A stretch of 64,000 bases of DNA from a virus (IMGVR_UViG_3300024272_000009), one strand, 5' to 3'. Positions 10,093-20,031 are shown, numbered from the stretch's first letter. Made by a program: numbers and translations. The notes: generated by a model not told the origin, from the sequence alone.

Positions 10093-10579
10093 TCAAAACC
10101 TCCACTAAATAATTATAATCAGTTTCCATAAAAGTTCTAAGTTTCTTTGAAGGAAGCGTTATAATATTATACGATTTTTTATAAGGCTTTTTGTCGTCAA
10201 TCATTCTCAGACCAATACTCTTTTCGCCGTCAAGCCTCATCTTTTCCATTTCTTCAATAGACACCCAGATGACAATATCCTTCTCATAGAACCACACCAC
10301 GACGCCCGGAAACGTCTTATGGAGGCCTTTAAAATCAAGCATCTTATCATACTGCCTGATATCATTAAAGCTGATAGAAGCGCCTTTATGAGCCTTACAT
10401 TCAACCATTAAAACACAACTTCCTGGATAACACATAAAGTCACAAGGGTTGGAAGAGCCTCCGCCTGCATAACCACTTTGCTGGTCTGGCAGGCGGTAGA
10501 TCAGGGTACCTGGAAAGCAGTTTTGATAGTCTTTTTTAAAGCGGTCCTCAAACTTTTTTCCAATATCCGTATTTGCCAT
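10085..10579 (-). CDS. recU: RecU-like Holliday junction resolvase
   Basis: GKKFE, IYRLPD, NPCDF, VECK. Confidence 0.75.
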   Translation of the reverse strand: MANTDIGKKFEDRFKKDYQNCFPGTLIYRLPDQQSGYAGGGSSNPCDFMCYPGSCVLMVECKAHKGASISFNDIRQYDKMLDFKGLHKTFPGVVVWFYEKDIVIWVSIEEMEKMRLDGEKSIGLRMIDDKKPYKKSYNIITLPSKKLRTFMETDYNYLVEVLNG

Positions 10580-11718
10580 TATTCCTTAGTCCTCGTCTCA
10601 GCAATAACATTACTAATGTTAGCACGGCAGACAATAATAGACTTGTGGTTGCCGCAGTTTACAGTAATATGTTCATTCTTACAAGAATCAAGAACTGCCT
10701 TAAGGTCAATGAGGTTTACGCCCATGGAATAACCGCCGGGAGTCGAGCTACCGTTTTCGATAGTAATAACTTCCTTATTATCACCAGAAAGGTCGGAGAT
10801 AGTAAGCTCAGTATTAGAAAAATCTACAGAAGCAGGAACGAAAGAAAGGTCTGCCTTTGCGCTGCTATTCTTATGGAACATAAGAAGTCTGCTGATTGCT
10901 GCAGAAAGGTCAGTAGCGGAAAGTACGAGATTGTGCTCATAAACTTCCTTAGCAAGCGCCTTCATTGCATCACAAGGTGCTTTAACCTTCTGAATACAAG
11001 TTTCATCGCTAAGAAGTCTAGTTGCTACGTAAACGTCCTCGGTCTGGAAGACAACGATAGGCTGAAGAGAGCTATCAGTGTTTACGATATGGCCGTAAGA
11101 CAGGAAAGCATCAGAGCCAAAGAGCTTAAAGAGCTTTACTACCTTATCAGTAAGAAGAAGCTTGATAGGCTTTTCAAGGGTGAAAGCATTGATACAAGCA
11201 CCGGTAGTAAAAGTAAAGCAACCAGTCTCATCAATGTAATAATAACGCTGAAGCTCGTTTACTTCAACCTTCTTAGCCTTCTGGACCTCGCGGCTGTTTA
11301 CATTGAGGATGCTCATAAGAATATCATTAGAAATATTCATACTAACAGTGATCTGCTCAGGGTCAAGCTTAATGATAGGAAGCTTCATGAGCTGATCATT
11401 TTCATAAATCATAGCGAGCTTATAAGAGCTTCTGCCTGCCTTTACTACAACAACAGTGTCCTTAATCTCAAGTTCAAATTCTTCAGTGCTGATACCTGAA
11501 ATAAGATTAAGGAAGAGGTTTGCATCTACTACTGCACGGAATTCAGTGGGATTCTCAAGGTCAAACTTGATTGCCGTATACCACTCTCTGTTGGTAACTC
11601 TAAGATAGAGTGCAGTATCCTTAGCTGCAAGCTCAAGATTTGCTGCTGCCTTATCTACTCCAACTGCCAAAAGAATCTTATTAGCTGCTTCCTGGAAATT
11701 CTTTGTCTTTAAAATCAT
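10579..11718 (-). CDS. dnaN: DNA polymerase sliding clamp, beta-type
   Basis: About 380 aa with three-domain beta-clamp-like pattern (LYLRVTNREW, LSATDLSAAISR, GVNLIDLKAVL); cognate clamp loader nearby; start moved to MILKTK. Confidence 0.7.
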   Translation of the reverse strand: MILKTKNFQEAANKILLAVGVDKAAANLELAAKDTALYLRVTNREWYTAIKFDLENPTEFRAVVDANLFLNLISGISTEEFELEIKDTVVVVKAGRSSYKLAMIYENDQLMKLPIIKLDPEQITVSMNISNDILMSILNVNSREVQKAKKVEVNELQRYYYIDETGCFTFTTGACINAFTLEKPIKLLLTDKVVKLFKLFGSDAFLSYGHIVNTDSSLQPIVVFQTEDVYVATRLLSDETCIQKVKAPCDAMKALAKEVYEHNLVLSATDLSAAISRLLMFHKNSSAKADLSFVPASVDFSNTELTISDLSGDNKEVITIENGSSTPGGYSMGVNLIDLKAVLDSCKNEHITVNCGNHKSIIVCRANISNVIAETRTKE

Positions 11719-11808
11719 TTTATAGTTTCTCCTTATTTTATTTTTACATACTATATAATACAATAAAAGACGAGCTATTTTATTAACTCGTCTTTAAAAA
11801 AGGTTTAT

Positions 11809-12873
11809 TTAATTGTCAAGTTCCCATTTACCATTGTCCCAGAAAGTTACGTAGTACTCACCGTTGTCATTCGGGCCGTCTTCGTCATAAACTTTTCCAA
11901 GTTTTTTGTAAAGTCTGATAGCACCGTCATTTTTAGCATCTACAAAGCAATAAATAAGGTCATATTGATTTTTGTACTTTTCTACAATATTTTGAATTAC
12001 TGCTGAGCCAAGACCTTTACCGCGCTCGATAATCATAAAATTGCCGATGCCGAGACACTTACTTCCGTTTTCCTCATATTCAGAAAAACCGATATAGCCA
12101 GCAAGCTTTCCTTCAGAATGAATTTCTTTAATAGAGCTTTTAATATCTGCATCAGACATATTTCCATATCCGTCTAAGATATCGTCAGCATATTCTTTAA
12201 AAAGCTCTATATCTGAAACCGGAAGATAATCAATTTGAGAATTGCTATTTACAGACTCTTCAAGCGGAACATCAGACTCCATAATATTATTAGAAATATC
12301 AAAAGTATATTTTACAGGAAGTTTATAACATTCTTTAGCAAGTCCCCAGTTATCAACGCCTGTGATAACTTTATCCATCATTCTTACTTCAAGAATATCT
12401 GAATTTTTATCATAGCGCCACCACTGATTAGCAACGTCCTGAAGAAGTGCTTCTAAGGAAGTATATTTATGAATACCTCTGGCATGCTGCATTGAATGCT
12501 CAAACCAGCAGTAATTTTTACCTTCTTTATAAACTAAAAACACATGAGCAGAACCCTCAGCACCGTATTCTTTTTTAGAATTATTCTCTTTAACCATTAC
12601 TAAGAAAGTCTCATAGCCAAGGTCCTCAAGAACTTCTTTTTCGAGATAGGACTGTTCAGCGCAATGTCCAGTGCCAGTTTTTAAAACTTCTTCTGCTGTT
12701 TTAGTAGGAACTCCGTTACTGTTAGAATACTCATCATCTACAAGTTCATAAGTAATGTTTTCATTCATCCAGTCCATTAACTCTTCTGGCGAAGAAACAC
12801 CTTCTATAGATAATGAATCTCCGTTTATCTCACTAAGCTCTTCATAAAGCTCCATAAATTCTGTTTTAATCAT
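11809..12873 (-). CDS. Transglutaminase-like (Cys-His-Glu) domain fused to a GNAT acetyltransferase
   Basis: EEVLKTGTGHCAE...AHVFL...WFE; C-terminal RGKGLGS and NDGAIRLYKKLG; SD GGAG. Confidence 0.75.
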   Translation of the reverse strand: MIKTEFMELYEELSEINGDSLSIEGVSSPEELMDWMNENITYELVDDEYSNSNGVPTKTAEEVLKTGTGHCAEQSYLEKEVLEDLGYETFLVMVKENNSKKEYGAEGSAHVFLVYKEGKNYCWFEHSMQHARGIHKYTSLEALLQDVANQWWRYDKNSDILEVRMMDKVITGVDNWGLAKECYKLPVKYTFDISNNIMESDVPLEESVNSNSQIDYLPVSDIELFKEYADDILDGYGNMSDADIKSSIKEIHSEGKLAGYIGFSEYEENGSKCLGIGNFMIIERGKGLGSAVIQNIVEKYKNQYDLIYCFVDAKNDGAIRLYKKLGKVYDEDGPNDNGEYYVTFWDNGKWELDN

Positions 12874-12905
12874 AATAATCTCCAATATTGAATATTAATC
12901 ATTAT

Positions 12906-12914
12906 AATTTAGCA
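12906..12914 (-). promoter_or_regulatory. Putative late promoter TGCTAAATT
   Basis: 33 nt before the TGase-GNAT start. Confidence 0.65.
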
Positions 12915-12916
12915 GA

Positions 12917-14068
12917 TTAAAACTCAAGATCAATGCCTTCAGTGATAGTTTTATAAATAGCTTCTTCAGGAAGCTCAGGGTGCTTTGCATAAAGCTTCTT
13001 AAATGCTTCATCTCTACCAAGCCCTTTATCAGTTAGCTTCTTAAACTCAGACTGAACTGCTACAGCATACTCAGAAGTATACCAACGAGACTCAATGGCA
13101 GGGTCACATTTCATAGGCACATCAATATAAGGGGCAGCAGCATCAATCATAATTCTAGGAAGAATTTCAGAAGCCTGTTCTGCATACAAGGCAGGGCACT
13201 CCAACATAACTTCATCGTGAATAGTCATAACAAGCTTTGCATCAATATCTTTAAGTTCCTGACTATTATGAATCTGAATCATTGCAAGCTTAGTAAGTGA
13301 AGCTGCAGATCCCTGAATTCTTGCATTAAGGCACTGTCTTTCTGCCTGAGCAATTCTACCGGTATTGGCAGACAGAATAATTCCTTCTTTTGCAGCCAGC
13401 TTAGCAAGCTCATCAAATTCTTTATTATTCTTAGTTGTCTTAGCTCTATTTATCCAAGAAGTGAGCTTATCATCTACAAGTGGGCGGCTTTCACAACCAA
13501 GAATAGGATTAAAAGTCTGAGCAATCAGTTTGTCAGGATCCATATAAGAAGCTTCATAAGGATTAAGGAAGTAGTCAGTCAAATGACGTCTTCTGCCGGC
13601 CCAATCTTCTACATAACCGTGAGTTCTCAAGAATTCTTTCGAGCTATTAATAAGCTCTTCAACTTTCGGGAAGCTCTTGAAGAAGTTATCAAAAATCTCT
13701 TGTGCTTCCTGATTTGTTTTATTAATACGTTTTGCAAGTGTCGACGGACCCATTCCGTAAGTAAGGGCGAGAAGTACCATCTTCGCTACAGAACGTCTTT
13801 CCTTACCTTCTTTGTTCAAGTGAGTCTTATAACCGCATACGGTCTTATTTCCGTCAAGCTCGAGAACGGTGCCTTCAGGATAATGCTCAAGATTATCCTC
13901 ATACTTGTTATTATAAATATTAGAAGCAATAACGCAATAGAGGTCCTTACCTTCAAGATAAGCTGCTCTCATTGCGGGGTCACCACTAAGGAAGGTTGTT
14001 ATACGGGGTTCTTGCGCACTATAGTCCGACCCGACGAGTTTATATTGAGTTCTTGTTTTTACTTTCAT
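12917..14068 (-). CDS. polA: Family A DNA polymerase, C-terminal (palm/fingers) subunit
   Basis: Motif A DYSAQEPR, motif B RSVAKMVLLALTYG, NARIQGSAA, motif C IHDEV. Confidence 0.92.
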   Translation of the reverse strand: MKVKTRTQYKLVGSDYSAQEPRITTFLSGDPAMRAAYLEGKDLYCVIASNIYNNKYEDNLEHYPEGTVLELDGNKTVCGYKTHLNKEGKERRSVAKMVLLALTYGMGPSTLAKRINKTNQEAQEIFDNFFKSFPKVEELINSSKEFLRTHGYVEDWAGRRRHLTDYFLNPYEASYMDPDKLIAQTFNPILGCESRPLVDDKLTSWINRAKTTKNNKEFDELAKLAAKEGIILSANTGRIAQAERQCLNARIQGSAASLTKLAMIQIHNSQELKDIDAKLVMTIHDEVMLECPALYAEQASEILPRIMIDAAAPYIDVPMKCDPAIESRWYTSEYAVAVQSEFKKLTDKGLGRDEAFKKLYAKHPELPEEAIYKTITEGIDLEF

Positions 14069-15936
14069 TAATGCTTCCTCACAATAAATTCGTATTCTTT
14101 CTTTAAAACATTGTAATTAACCATTTCAATAAGAACAGGTCCTACATCAGTAAGTACATAGTCTTTGAGTGCTACAAGGTCTTTACCATATTTCCAACCG
14201 TCAACAGTTTCAATCTCTGCTGTTTCATGTACTGTAAAACGGTCTACCTCAACTTCAATATCAGCAAATTCTTTCTTAGCTTCAAACAGAAGTCGAGTAA
14301 TTTTACCGTCACCTCTTGAAGGAATATTCTGACTGTTAAATCCAGAAATTTCCACAGGCTCATCACCGTCAAGGAACTTAAATTCACCACCAGAAGAGAA
14401 ACGGCCTGTGTCAGTACCAACAGAATTAAGCTTATAACGAATACGTCCATCAGGCCAATGGCGTGCAAGAGCAGGCAGAACGTCAATATAAGTAGAGATA
14501 AGTTTAACCACGCCACGACGCTCCAAAATTAGCTTACAGAGCGCGATATCAGTTCTCTCAGCTAAAGCCTCAAGCTCATCTTTTCCGGTTCCTCTGGGCG
14601 ATTTTTTGCTTACCGTAGGACACTTCAGAATATCATAAAATAGGATAGCAAGCTGGGTAGGCGATGCAAGGTTGATAGGATCGGCAAGCTGCTCAATCTT
14701 AGACTTGCCTACCTTATATCTCTTACCTGTCTTTTCGTCTACATAAGGATACTTCTCTTCAAGTTTCGCAAGTGAGAGAGTTGTCTTCTTAGGTTCAAAC
14801 TGCTTAGTTCTATCAGTAGCATCCTTGCTGCTCTTCCACTTTGTAATAGTAGGCTTGAGAGCCTCAAGTTCTTGCTCAATTCTTACGTCAATATCTTCCA
14901 AATTTTGATTAAACTTAAGACGAAGTCTTTCGCCAAATTCCTGGTCAATACAAACACCAATAAGCTCCATATCGCCTGCAACTTTTACAATCGGCATTTC
15001 GATAGTCTTAAACATCCAATAAAGTCTTTCGTTGCCAGGTGCTTCTAAAATAGCTACCTGATATACATAAAGTTTATCAGTCATCATTGAGTCAGTTGCG
15101 GCGTAGAGAGCGAAAATATCTGGTTCTACATACTTATAAGGAACGATGAACAAGCTTTCGATATCATACTTTTCCTGAGTAGGGTCAATCTTATTAATGT
15201 ACTGCCACTTCAAGCTCATCTTTTCGTTTTCATTGATAGTATGGGCGCCAATCATAGTATCCCAGTCAGGCTCAATTTCAATACCACAAGTACACTTAAT
15301 AACTTCATAATCGAACTTACCATTATGCATTACAACAAAAGTGCCGGCATCTTTAATTCTCTGAAGCTGCTCTCTGCAGTCTGCCTCAGTAAGCTGCCAG
15401 TCAAGATGTTCGCCCGTTTCAGGATTAACATGATTGATAGGAATATAAGCCTGCTTGCCGCCCTCATAATACAAACAAAGACCCATTAACTGACAAGTCA
15501 TGGGGTCAGTAGAGTTATTGGTCTCAGTATCTATTGCAATTCGACCGAACTCGATAGCCTTAGAAATATAGTCTTCAAAAGTCGCCTTGTCCTTAATAAC
15601 AATAACGTTCTTTTTCTGCTTGCCGAGTACTTCAAGTACCTTAATTTTAATTAAGGCGAGCTTTTCAGCAAGAGAGACCTTCTTAGACTTAAGTACCTTA
15701 GCTGCGTCTACTTCGCCTTCTTCGGTATTAGCAATCTTACGAGCCAAGGCTTCAGGCTTAGGCTTATTAAGTTCTACATTAAATTCAGATAATTCTTCAG
15801 AGGCAAATAAGCTCTGGTTAGTTATCTTCTTAGGCTCTGCCACAACAGTTGGTGTTGCTTTTTTAATAAGAGCTTCAGGTGATACTTTTGGCTTTGCACT
15901 AACAGATAAGTCAAAGCCACCAAATAAACTATTCAT
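14068..15936 (-). CDS. polA: Family A DNA polymerase, N-terminal subunit (3'-5' exonuclease, thumb) with a C-terminal Hint-like tail
   Basis: AIDTET, HNGKFD, YAATD; INLASPTQL, TDTGRFSS, NSQNIP. Confidence 0.92.
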   Translation of the reverse strand: MNSLFGGFDLSVSAKPKVSPEALIKKATPTVVAEPKKITNQSLFASEELSEFNVELNKPKPEALARKIANTEEGEVDAAKVLKSKKVSLAEKLALIKIKVLEVLGKQKKNVIVIKDKATFEDYISKAIEFGRIAIDTETNNSTDPMTCQLMGLCLYYEGGKQAYIPINHVNPETGEHLDWQLTEADCREQLQRIKDAGTFVVMHNGKFDYEVIKCTCGIEIEPDWDTMIGAHTINENEKMSLKWQYINKIDPTQEKYDIESLFIVPYKYVEPDIFALYAATDSMMTDKLYVYQVAILEAPGNERLYWMFKTIEMPIVKVAGDMELIGVCIDQEFGERLRLKFNQNLEDIDVRIEQELEALKPTITKWKSSKDATDRTKQFEPKKTTLSLAKLEEKYPYVDEKTGKRYKVGKSKIEQLADPINLASPTQLAILFYDILKCPTVSKKSPRGTGKDELEALAERTDIALCKLILERRGVVKLISTYIDVLPALARHWPDGRIRYKLNSVGTDTGRFSSGGEFKFLDGDEPVEISGFNSQNIPSRGDGKITRLLFEAKKEFADIEVEVDRFTVHETAEIETVDGWKYGKDLVALKDYVLTDVGPVLIEMVNYNVLKKEYEFIVRKH

Positions 15937-16026
15937 GTATAACCTCGCTTAAAATATATTTCATATAATATAATACAATAAAAGACGGACCATTTTCAGA
16001 CCCGTCTTTTAAATTTGTTTTAATTA

Positions 16027-16935
16027 TTAGAAGCTGAAGCCAGAGAAGTTTCTTACAGGAGTCGTTGCTGCGTTAGCAGGTGCTGCTGTTGCGGGAGTAT
16101 TCATGGGAGCATCAGGGGCAGTATACTGAGGTGTGGCAGGAGCAGTGTAAGCAGGAACTGTCTGAGCGGGAGCTGCCTGAGCAGGTGCCGTATAAGCAGG
16201 AGTAGCAGGAGCTGCATAAGCGGTAGCAGTATTTGCCACAGTATTTACAGTCTGCTGATTGTTTGCCTTAGCAACCTCAGGGAACTGACCGGTAGCAAGG
16301 AAGGTGTTAATTTCCTCAACAGACTTCTCCCAATAAGAATGCTTAGCGATATTAAAGTTATTGAAAGCACTGAAGTCAGCGGGAATCATCTCAGGCTTAA
16401 ATACAGGATGAGTTGCAGGAAGAACGTCTACAGAGTAAGTAGTCTGCATGTCGCCAGCCTTACCGTTACGAGTAATAAGAACAAGAACATCCTTAAGATT
16501 ACCTGCTACCATAAGCTTATTTGCAAGTTCACGAGAGAACTGAGCAGGACGGTCCCAAATAACGGGAGTAACAGGAGTGTAACCGGTTGCGGACTGAGGA
16601 TCGCGATAAGAAACAAGCATAGGAATAAACATCTTCTTAGCAGACTTACCGATAGAGCCCTTAGGATTTGCCTGATTTGCAGAGCAAAGAGGACAGCCGG
16701 CTGCATTCATGCCGAGAGGATTGTGGCAGCTTACCTTCATCCACTTACCACCGACCTGAAGTGTATGAACTGCTGCGAACATAAACTCATCGGTAGAACC
16801 GAGGTTGATACGAGCGATAGCGATGTCGCCATCATCCTTGAGCTTGAAGTAACCAATCTTAGTGCCGTCACCGGACTGGGTCTGCTCCTGAGCTGCGATC
16901 TGCTGATACTGTGCGAAATTGAAAGTACTTGACAT
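16027..16935 (-). CDS. Single-stranded DNA-binding protein (gp32-like) with Ala/Pro/Thr-rich tail
   Basis: YFKLKDDGD, H...C...CPLC Zn-like site; YTAP repeats; position in the replisome cluster. Confidence 0.7.
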   Translation of the reverse strand: MSSTFNFAQYQQIAAQEQTQSGDGTKIGYFKLKDDGDIAIARINLGSTDEFMFAAVHTLQVGGKWMKVSCHNPLGMNAAGCPLCSANQANPKGSIGKSAKKMFIPMLVSYRDPQSATGYTPVTPVIWDRPAQFSRELANKLMVAGNLKDVLVLITRNGKAGDMQTTYSVDVLPATHPVFKPEMIPADFSAFNNFNIAKHSYWEKSVEEINTFLATGQFPEVAKANNQQTVNTVANTATAYAAPATPAYTAPAQAAPAQTVPAYTAPATPQYTAPDAPMNTPATAAPANAATTPVRNFSGFSF

Positions 16936-17026
16936 TTTTAATTTTCTCCTTTGGTATTGTTTAGTATTTTTTATTTATTTTTTATATTTATCGGATGTCA
17001 GCCGATATTATATAATACAATGTGAT

Positions 17027-17998
17027 TTATGAATTTTTAGCCTCATTCATAACTTTTTGGAATTCGTCATATGAATGTTCATTTGGGTCTTTTTTATTTG
17101 GAAGCCAATGAACTTCTTTTATGATAATTCTTGGGTCAAGGCCAGCTTTGATAACATTAGCCATTCTTTGTCCTGCCCAGTCATTATCCATAGCAATATA
17201 GAGGACCTTAATAGGTGATTTATTAATAGCGTCTATCTGTGAAGGCGAAGGATTACCCCAGGTACCAATTGCAGGATACCCGTAGGTGTAGCAAGTAAGC
17301 ACGTCAATTGGGCCTTCACAAATCATTGCAGTTGAAATATTATTTTTTATGATATAGTCAAGACAATAAACAGGCTTATCTTGATCTTTATTAATATAGA
17401 AAGTTTTGTTATAAATAGACCTTCTCGGAGCCATAATAATTTTTCCAGCAATATCAAAACACGGAAAAACTATCTGACTTGTTTGCGGGTCATATTTTAC
17501 TTTGAAAAGCTCACAAACTTCTCTTGAAAGCTTTCTTTGAGCTAGATACGGGTGCCAGTCCTGAAAAGTATCTAAGTAACTTGCTGGCATACGGACAGGC
17601 ATTTTATTTTGCTTTATAACAATATCGTCACACAAAACAATGCCTGAGCTTGAAATCTTGCCATATTTGTCCTTAAGCCAATTCTTAGCAAATTCTTCCG
17701 AGCACTCAAAACACTCAGCAACAAACCTAACAAAACTGCACTGGAAGTCACAGGACCAGCATTTGCAATATCCATACGGAATCTTTGAGCTATTTCCAAC
17801 ATAGATATTCATTGCCGCATGTGCTTCACGACCGTTCTTATGATGTCGGTTGGGGCAGGTGACAACGATATTGTCATCACCTTCGCTCCAAGACTTTATT
17901 TCTCTTAGTTTACCATTTGTTAACGCCATCTTGAGTTGACATACTATCTCATAAAGAGGCGTTTCAATTATATAATTATCAACTCTAAGTACTGGCAT
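17027..17998 (-). CDS. dnaG: DNA primase (Zn finger + TOPRIM)
   Basis: CPNRHH...CWSC; ICEGPIDVL; IAMDNDWAG; KKDPNE. Confidence 0.92.
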   Translation of the reverse strand: MPVLRVDNYIIETPLYEIVCQLKMALTNGKLREIKSWSEGDDNIVVTCPNRHHKNGREAHAAMNIYVGNSSKIPYGYCKCWSCDFQCSFVRFVAECFECSEEFAKNWLKDKYGKISSSGIVLCDDIVIKQNKMPVRMPASYLDTFQDWHPYLAQRKLSREVCELFKVKYDPQTSQIVFPCFDIAGKIIMAPRRSIYNKTFYINKDQDKPVYCLDYIIKNNISTAMICEGPIDVLTCYTYGYPAIGTWGNPSPSQIDAINKSPIKVLYIAMDNDWAGQRMANVIKAGLDPRIIIKEVHWLPNKKDPNEHSYDEFQKVMNEAKNS

Positions 17999-18008
17999 AA
18001 TCTACTCC

Positions 18009-19325
18009 TTAAAACGGGCATTCATCATCAGTTACGGGATAATCTGCACTGTAGCTGTTTTCAATCTCTTCAAAGTCTTCTTCTGAGGTTACTCCATCAT
18101 TACCGTTTGAAATATAACGATAATCACCTGTGTTGAAGTTCCACAAGTAGTCGAGCTTTCTACCGTCGCCACCATCTCTAGACTTTACAATATTAACTGT
18201 TACCTTATGAGCTCCAGGATGATTAGGGTCTTCAGCATCCTGCTTATCAAGCATCAGAATAACAGTAGCATCCTGTCCAATACGGTCAGAAAGTGCAATC
18301 TGAGTAGTATCCTGAGACTTATCTTCATTCTTAGTTCTGTTCATCTGAGATACTGCAATAATCGGGATTTGCTTGAGTACCTGCAGGTTCTTAATAGATT
18401 TGGAGATATTAGCAACCTTTTCATGAGCTACCTTGGCTCTACTATTATCTTCCAAAAGTGAATACTGGTCTACAAACAGAATATCAAGATTTTCTTTCTC
18501 AATAAATGCCTGAAGAGCATCTACAGTTGCGGGACCTGCAATATCATTTGGCGTAAGTACCTTAATCGGTCCATAGCCAGAACATTTAAGACTGTCCAAA
18601 TAATTCTTATAATGGTCCTTGTAGTAAAGGTCACCACGGGAAATCTTCTTGTTATCAATCTTACCAAGAAGAGTATCAAGACGATAAGCTACCTTGTCTA
18701 CTGACATCTCACCTGAATAAATACCAACTGTAAGGCCCTGCTTGGCAGCTGCTGCGGCAATCAACAACATAACCCAAGACTTACCTACACCTGAACGAGC
18801 TGCAATAACCATATTCTCATTTCTACGGTCGATACCTGTAATAATCTTATCAAGCTCAGGGAAGCCAGTAGAAATAAAGTATTTAGACTGATTTGCAATC
18901 ATATCAAGATAACGATCATATCTTGAAGTATCTGACATAATATCGGTGCACTGAAGTGCTGAGCCAGTGTGAAGCTTCTCAAGGGAATCCTTAAAGTACT
19001 GCATTGCTCCAGCAGTATCATCAGCTTCCAAAAGCTTCTTAAGATTATTAAGACGAGTAGCAAGATAACTCTGGTTGTAGTCATTATAAAGCTGCTCAAT
19101 CAAATAATTATCAGGCTCATTTACGTCCTGAATAACGAACTCAGGAAAGTGCTGAACGAAAGTAAGGCGGTCGGGAACAGTGTGATAAGTATTGTAGTGA
19201 GCCTTAATAAACTCATACTCTGCTTGATAACCATAGAAATGTTCAGCAGTAAGGTTATTTAGAGTGATAAAAGAATAGTCCTTGTTTTGAAGAACTTTAT
19301 TAATAATCTGAAACTGTGCAATCAT
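18009..19325 (-). CDS. dnaB: Replicative DnaB-family helicase
   Basis: AARSGVGKS, YSGEM, LFVDQYSLL, VSQMNR, SDRIGQDA, KSRDG. Confidence 0.95.
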   Translation of the reverse strand: MIAQFQIINKVLQNKDYSFITLNNLTAEHFYGYQAEYEFIKAHYNTYHTVPDRLTFVQHFPEFVIQDVNEPDNYLIEQLYNDYNQSYLATRLNNLKKLLEADDTAGAMQYFKDSLEKLHTGSALQCTDIMSDTSRYDRYLDMIANQSKYFISTGFPELDKIITGIDRRNENMVIAARSGVGKSWVMLLIAAAAAKQGLTVGIYSGEMSVDKVAYRLDTLLGKIDNKKISRGDLYYKDHYKNYLDSLKCSGYGPIKVLTPNDIAGPATVDALQAFIEKENLDILFVDQYSLLEDNSRAKVAHEKVANISKSIKNLQVLKQIPIIAVSQMNRTKNEDKSQDTTQIALSDRIGQDATVILMLDKQDAEDPNHPGAHKVTVNIVKSRDGGDGRKLDYLWNFNTGDYRYISNGNDGVTSEEDFEEIENSYSADYPVTDDECPF

Positions 19326-19331
19326 TTATAT

Positions 19332-20009
19332 TTATTCTCCTAACTTCAAAATTCTTTTATCTGCTCCACGCAGCTCTACGTCAACTGACATGTTTGCAAT
19401 TCTACTAGTAAGTCTCTCACCGAGAGCTGTATAAAGCTGCTGACGGTTAAGATTAGATGTATAGATATTAGACTTACCAAGAGCAAGTCTGTTATCAATA
19501 ATATTAAGTAGATGAGTTAGCTCAAATTCTGAACCCATCTTAGCAGCAATATCATCCCAAATTACCAAGTCAGCCTCAAGAACATTTTCTTTGATATAGG
19601 CAACATAAGCATTTTTGGTAGTAATATCATCTTTGAGAGCAAGTAAAAATCTGGGAACACTTATAAAAAGTACTCTACACTTTACTTCTGTACGAGCCCA
19701 GATCTTATTGAAGTAAGCTTCAGCAAGTCTAAGGCTCCACGAAGATTTTCCATTACCACAGTTTGCGGAATGAATATACAAATTTCTACCTTCGTTAATA
19801 AATGATACGATATTCTGCTCAATAGCTGCAAGCTGCTTGAACTGCTCAAGATCTGTTCCGTCCTCATCCACTCTAAGAGTGATATGCTTCTTCTGACTTT
19901 CAGTCATAAGAGCTGCAGAATAAAGTGAATCCATTTTATATTTTCTTAAACAGAAATCCTTATCACAATCTTTGTGATTACAGACGTCATACAAAAAACA
20001 AGTTGACAT
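19332..20009 (-). CDS. DnaC/IstB-like helicase loader ATPase
   Basis: N-terminal Cys cluster, CGNGKSSW, VIWDDI, IYTSNL, LGERLTSRI. Confidence 0.85.
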   Translation of the reverse strand: MSTCFLYDVCNHKDCDKDFCLRKYKMDSLYSAALMTESQKKHITLRVDEDGTDLEQFKQLAAIEQNIVSFINEGRNLYIHSANCGNGKSSWSLRLAEAYFNKIWARTEVKCRVLFISVPRFLLALKDDITTKNAYVAYIKENVLEADLVIWDDIAAKMGSEFELTHLLNIIDNRLALGKSNIYTSNLNRQQLYTALGERLTSRIANMSVDVELRGADKRILKLGE

Positions 20010-20031
20010 TAGTTCCTCCTAAGTATAGCAA

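Noticed and set aside
10573-11499. 308-aa + strand ORF, and similar ones at 4523..5338, 8562..9215, 16339..16932 and 23590..24339
   Set aside because: Antisense shadows caused by codon bias of the minus-strand genes; no SD or recognisable domains.
14060-14075. PolA break as a sequencing error or programmed frameshift
   Set aside because: Clean TAATG overlap with an SD and a 68-aa non-polymerase tail before the stop indicate two real genes.
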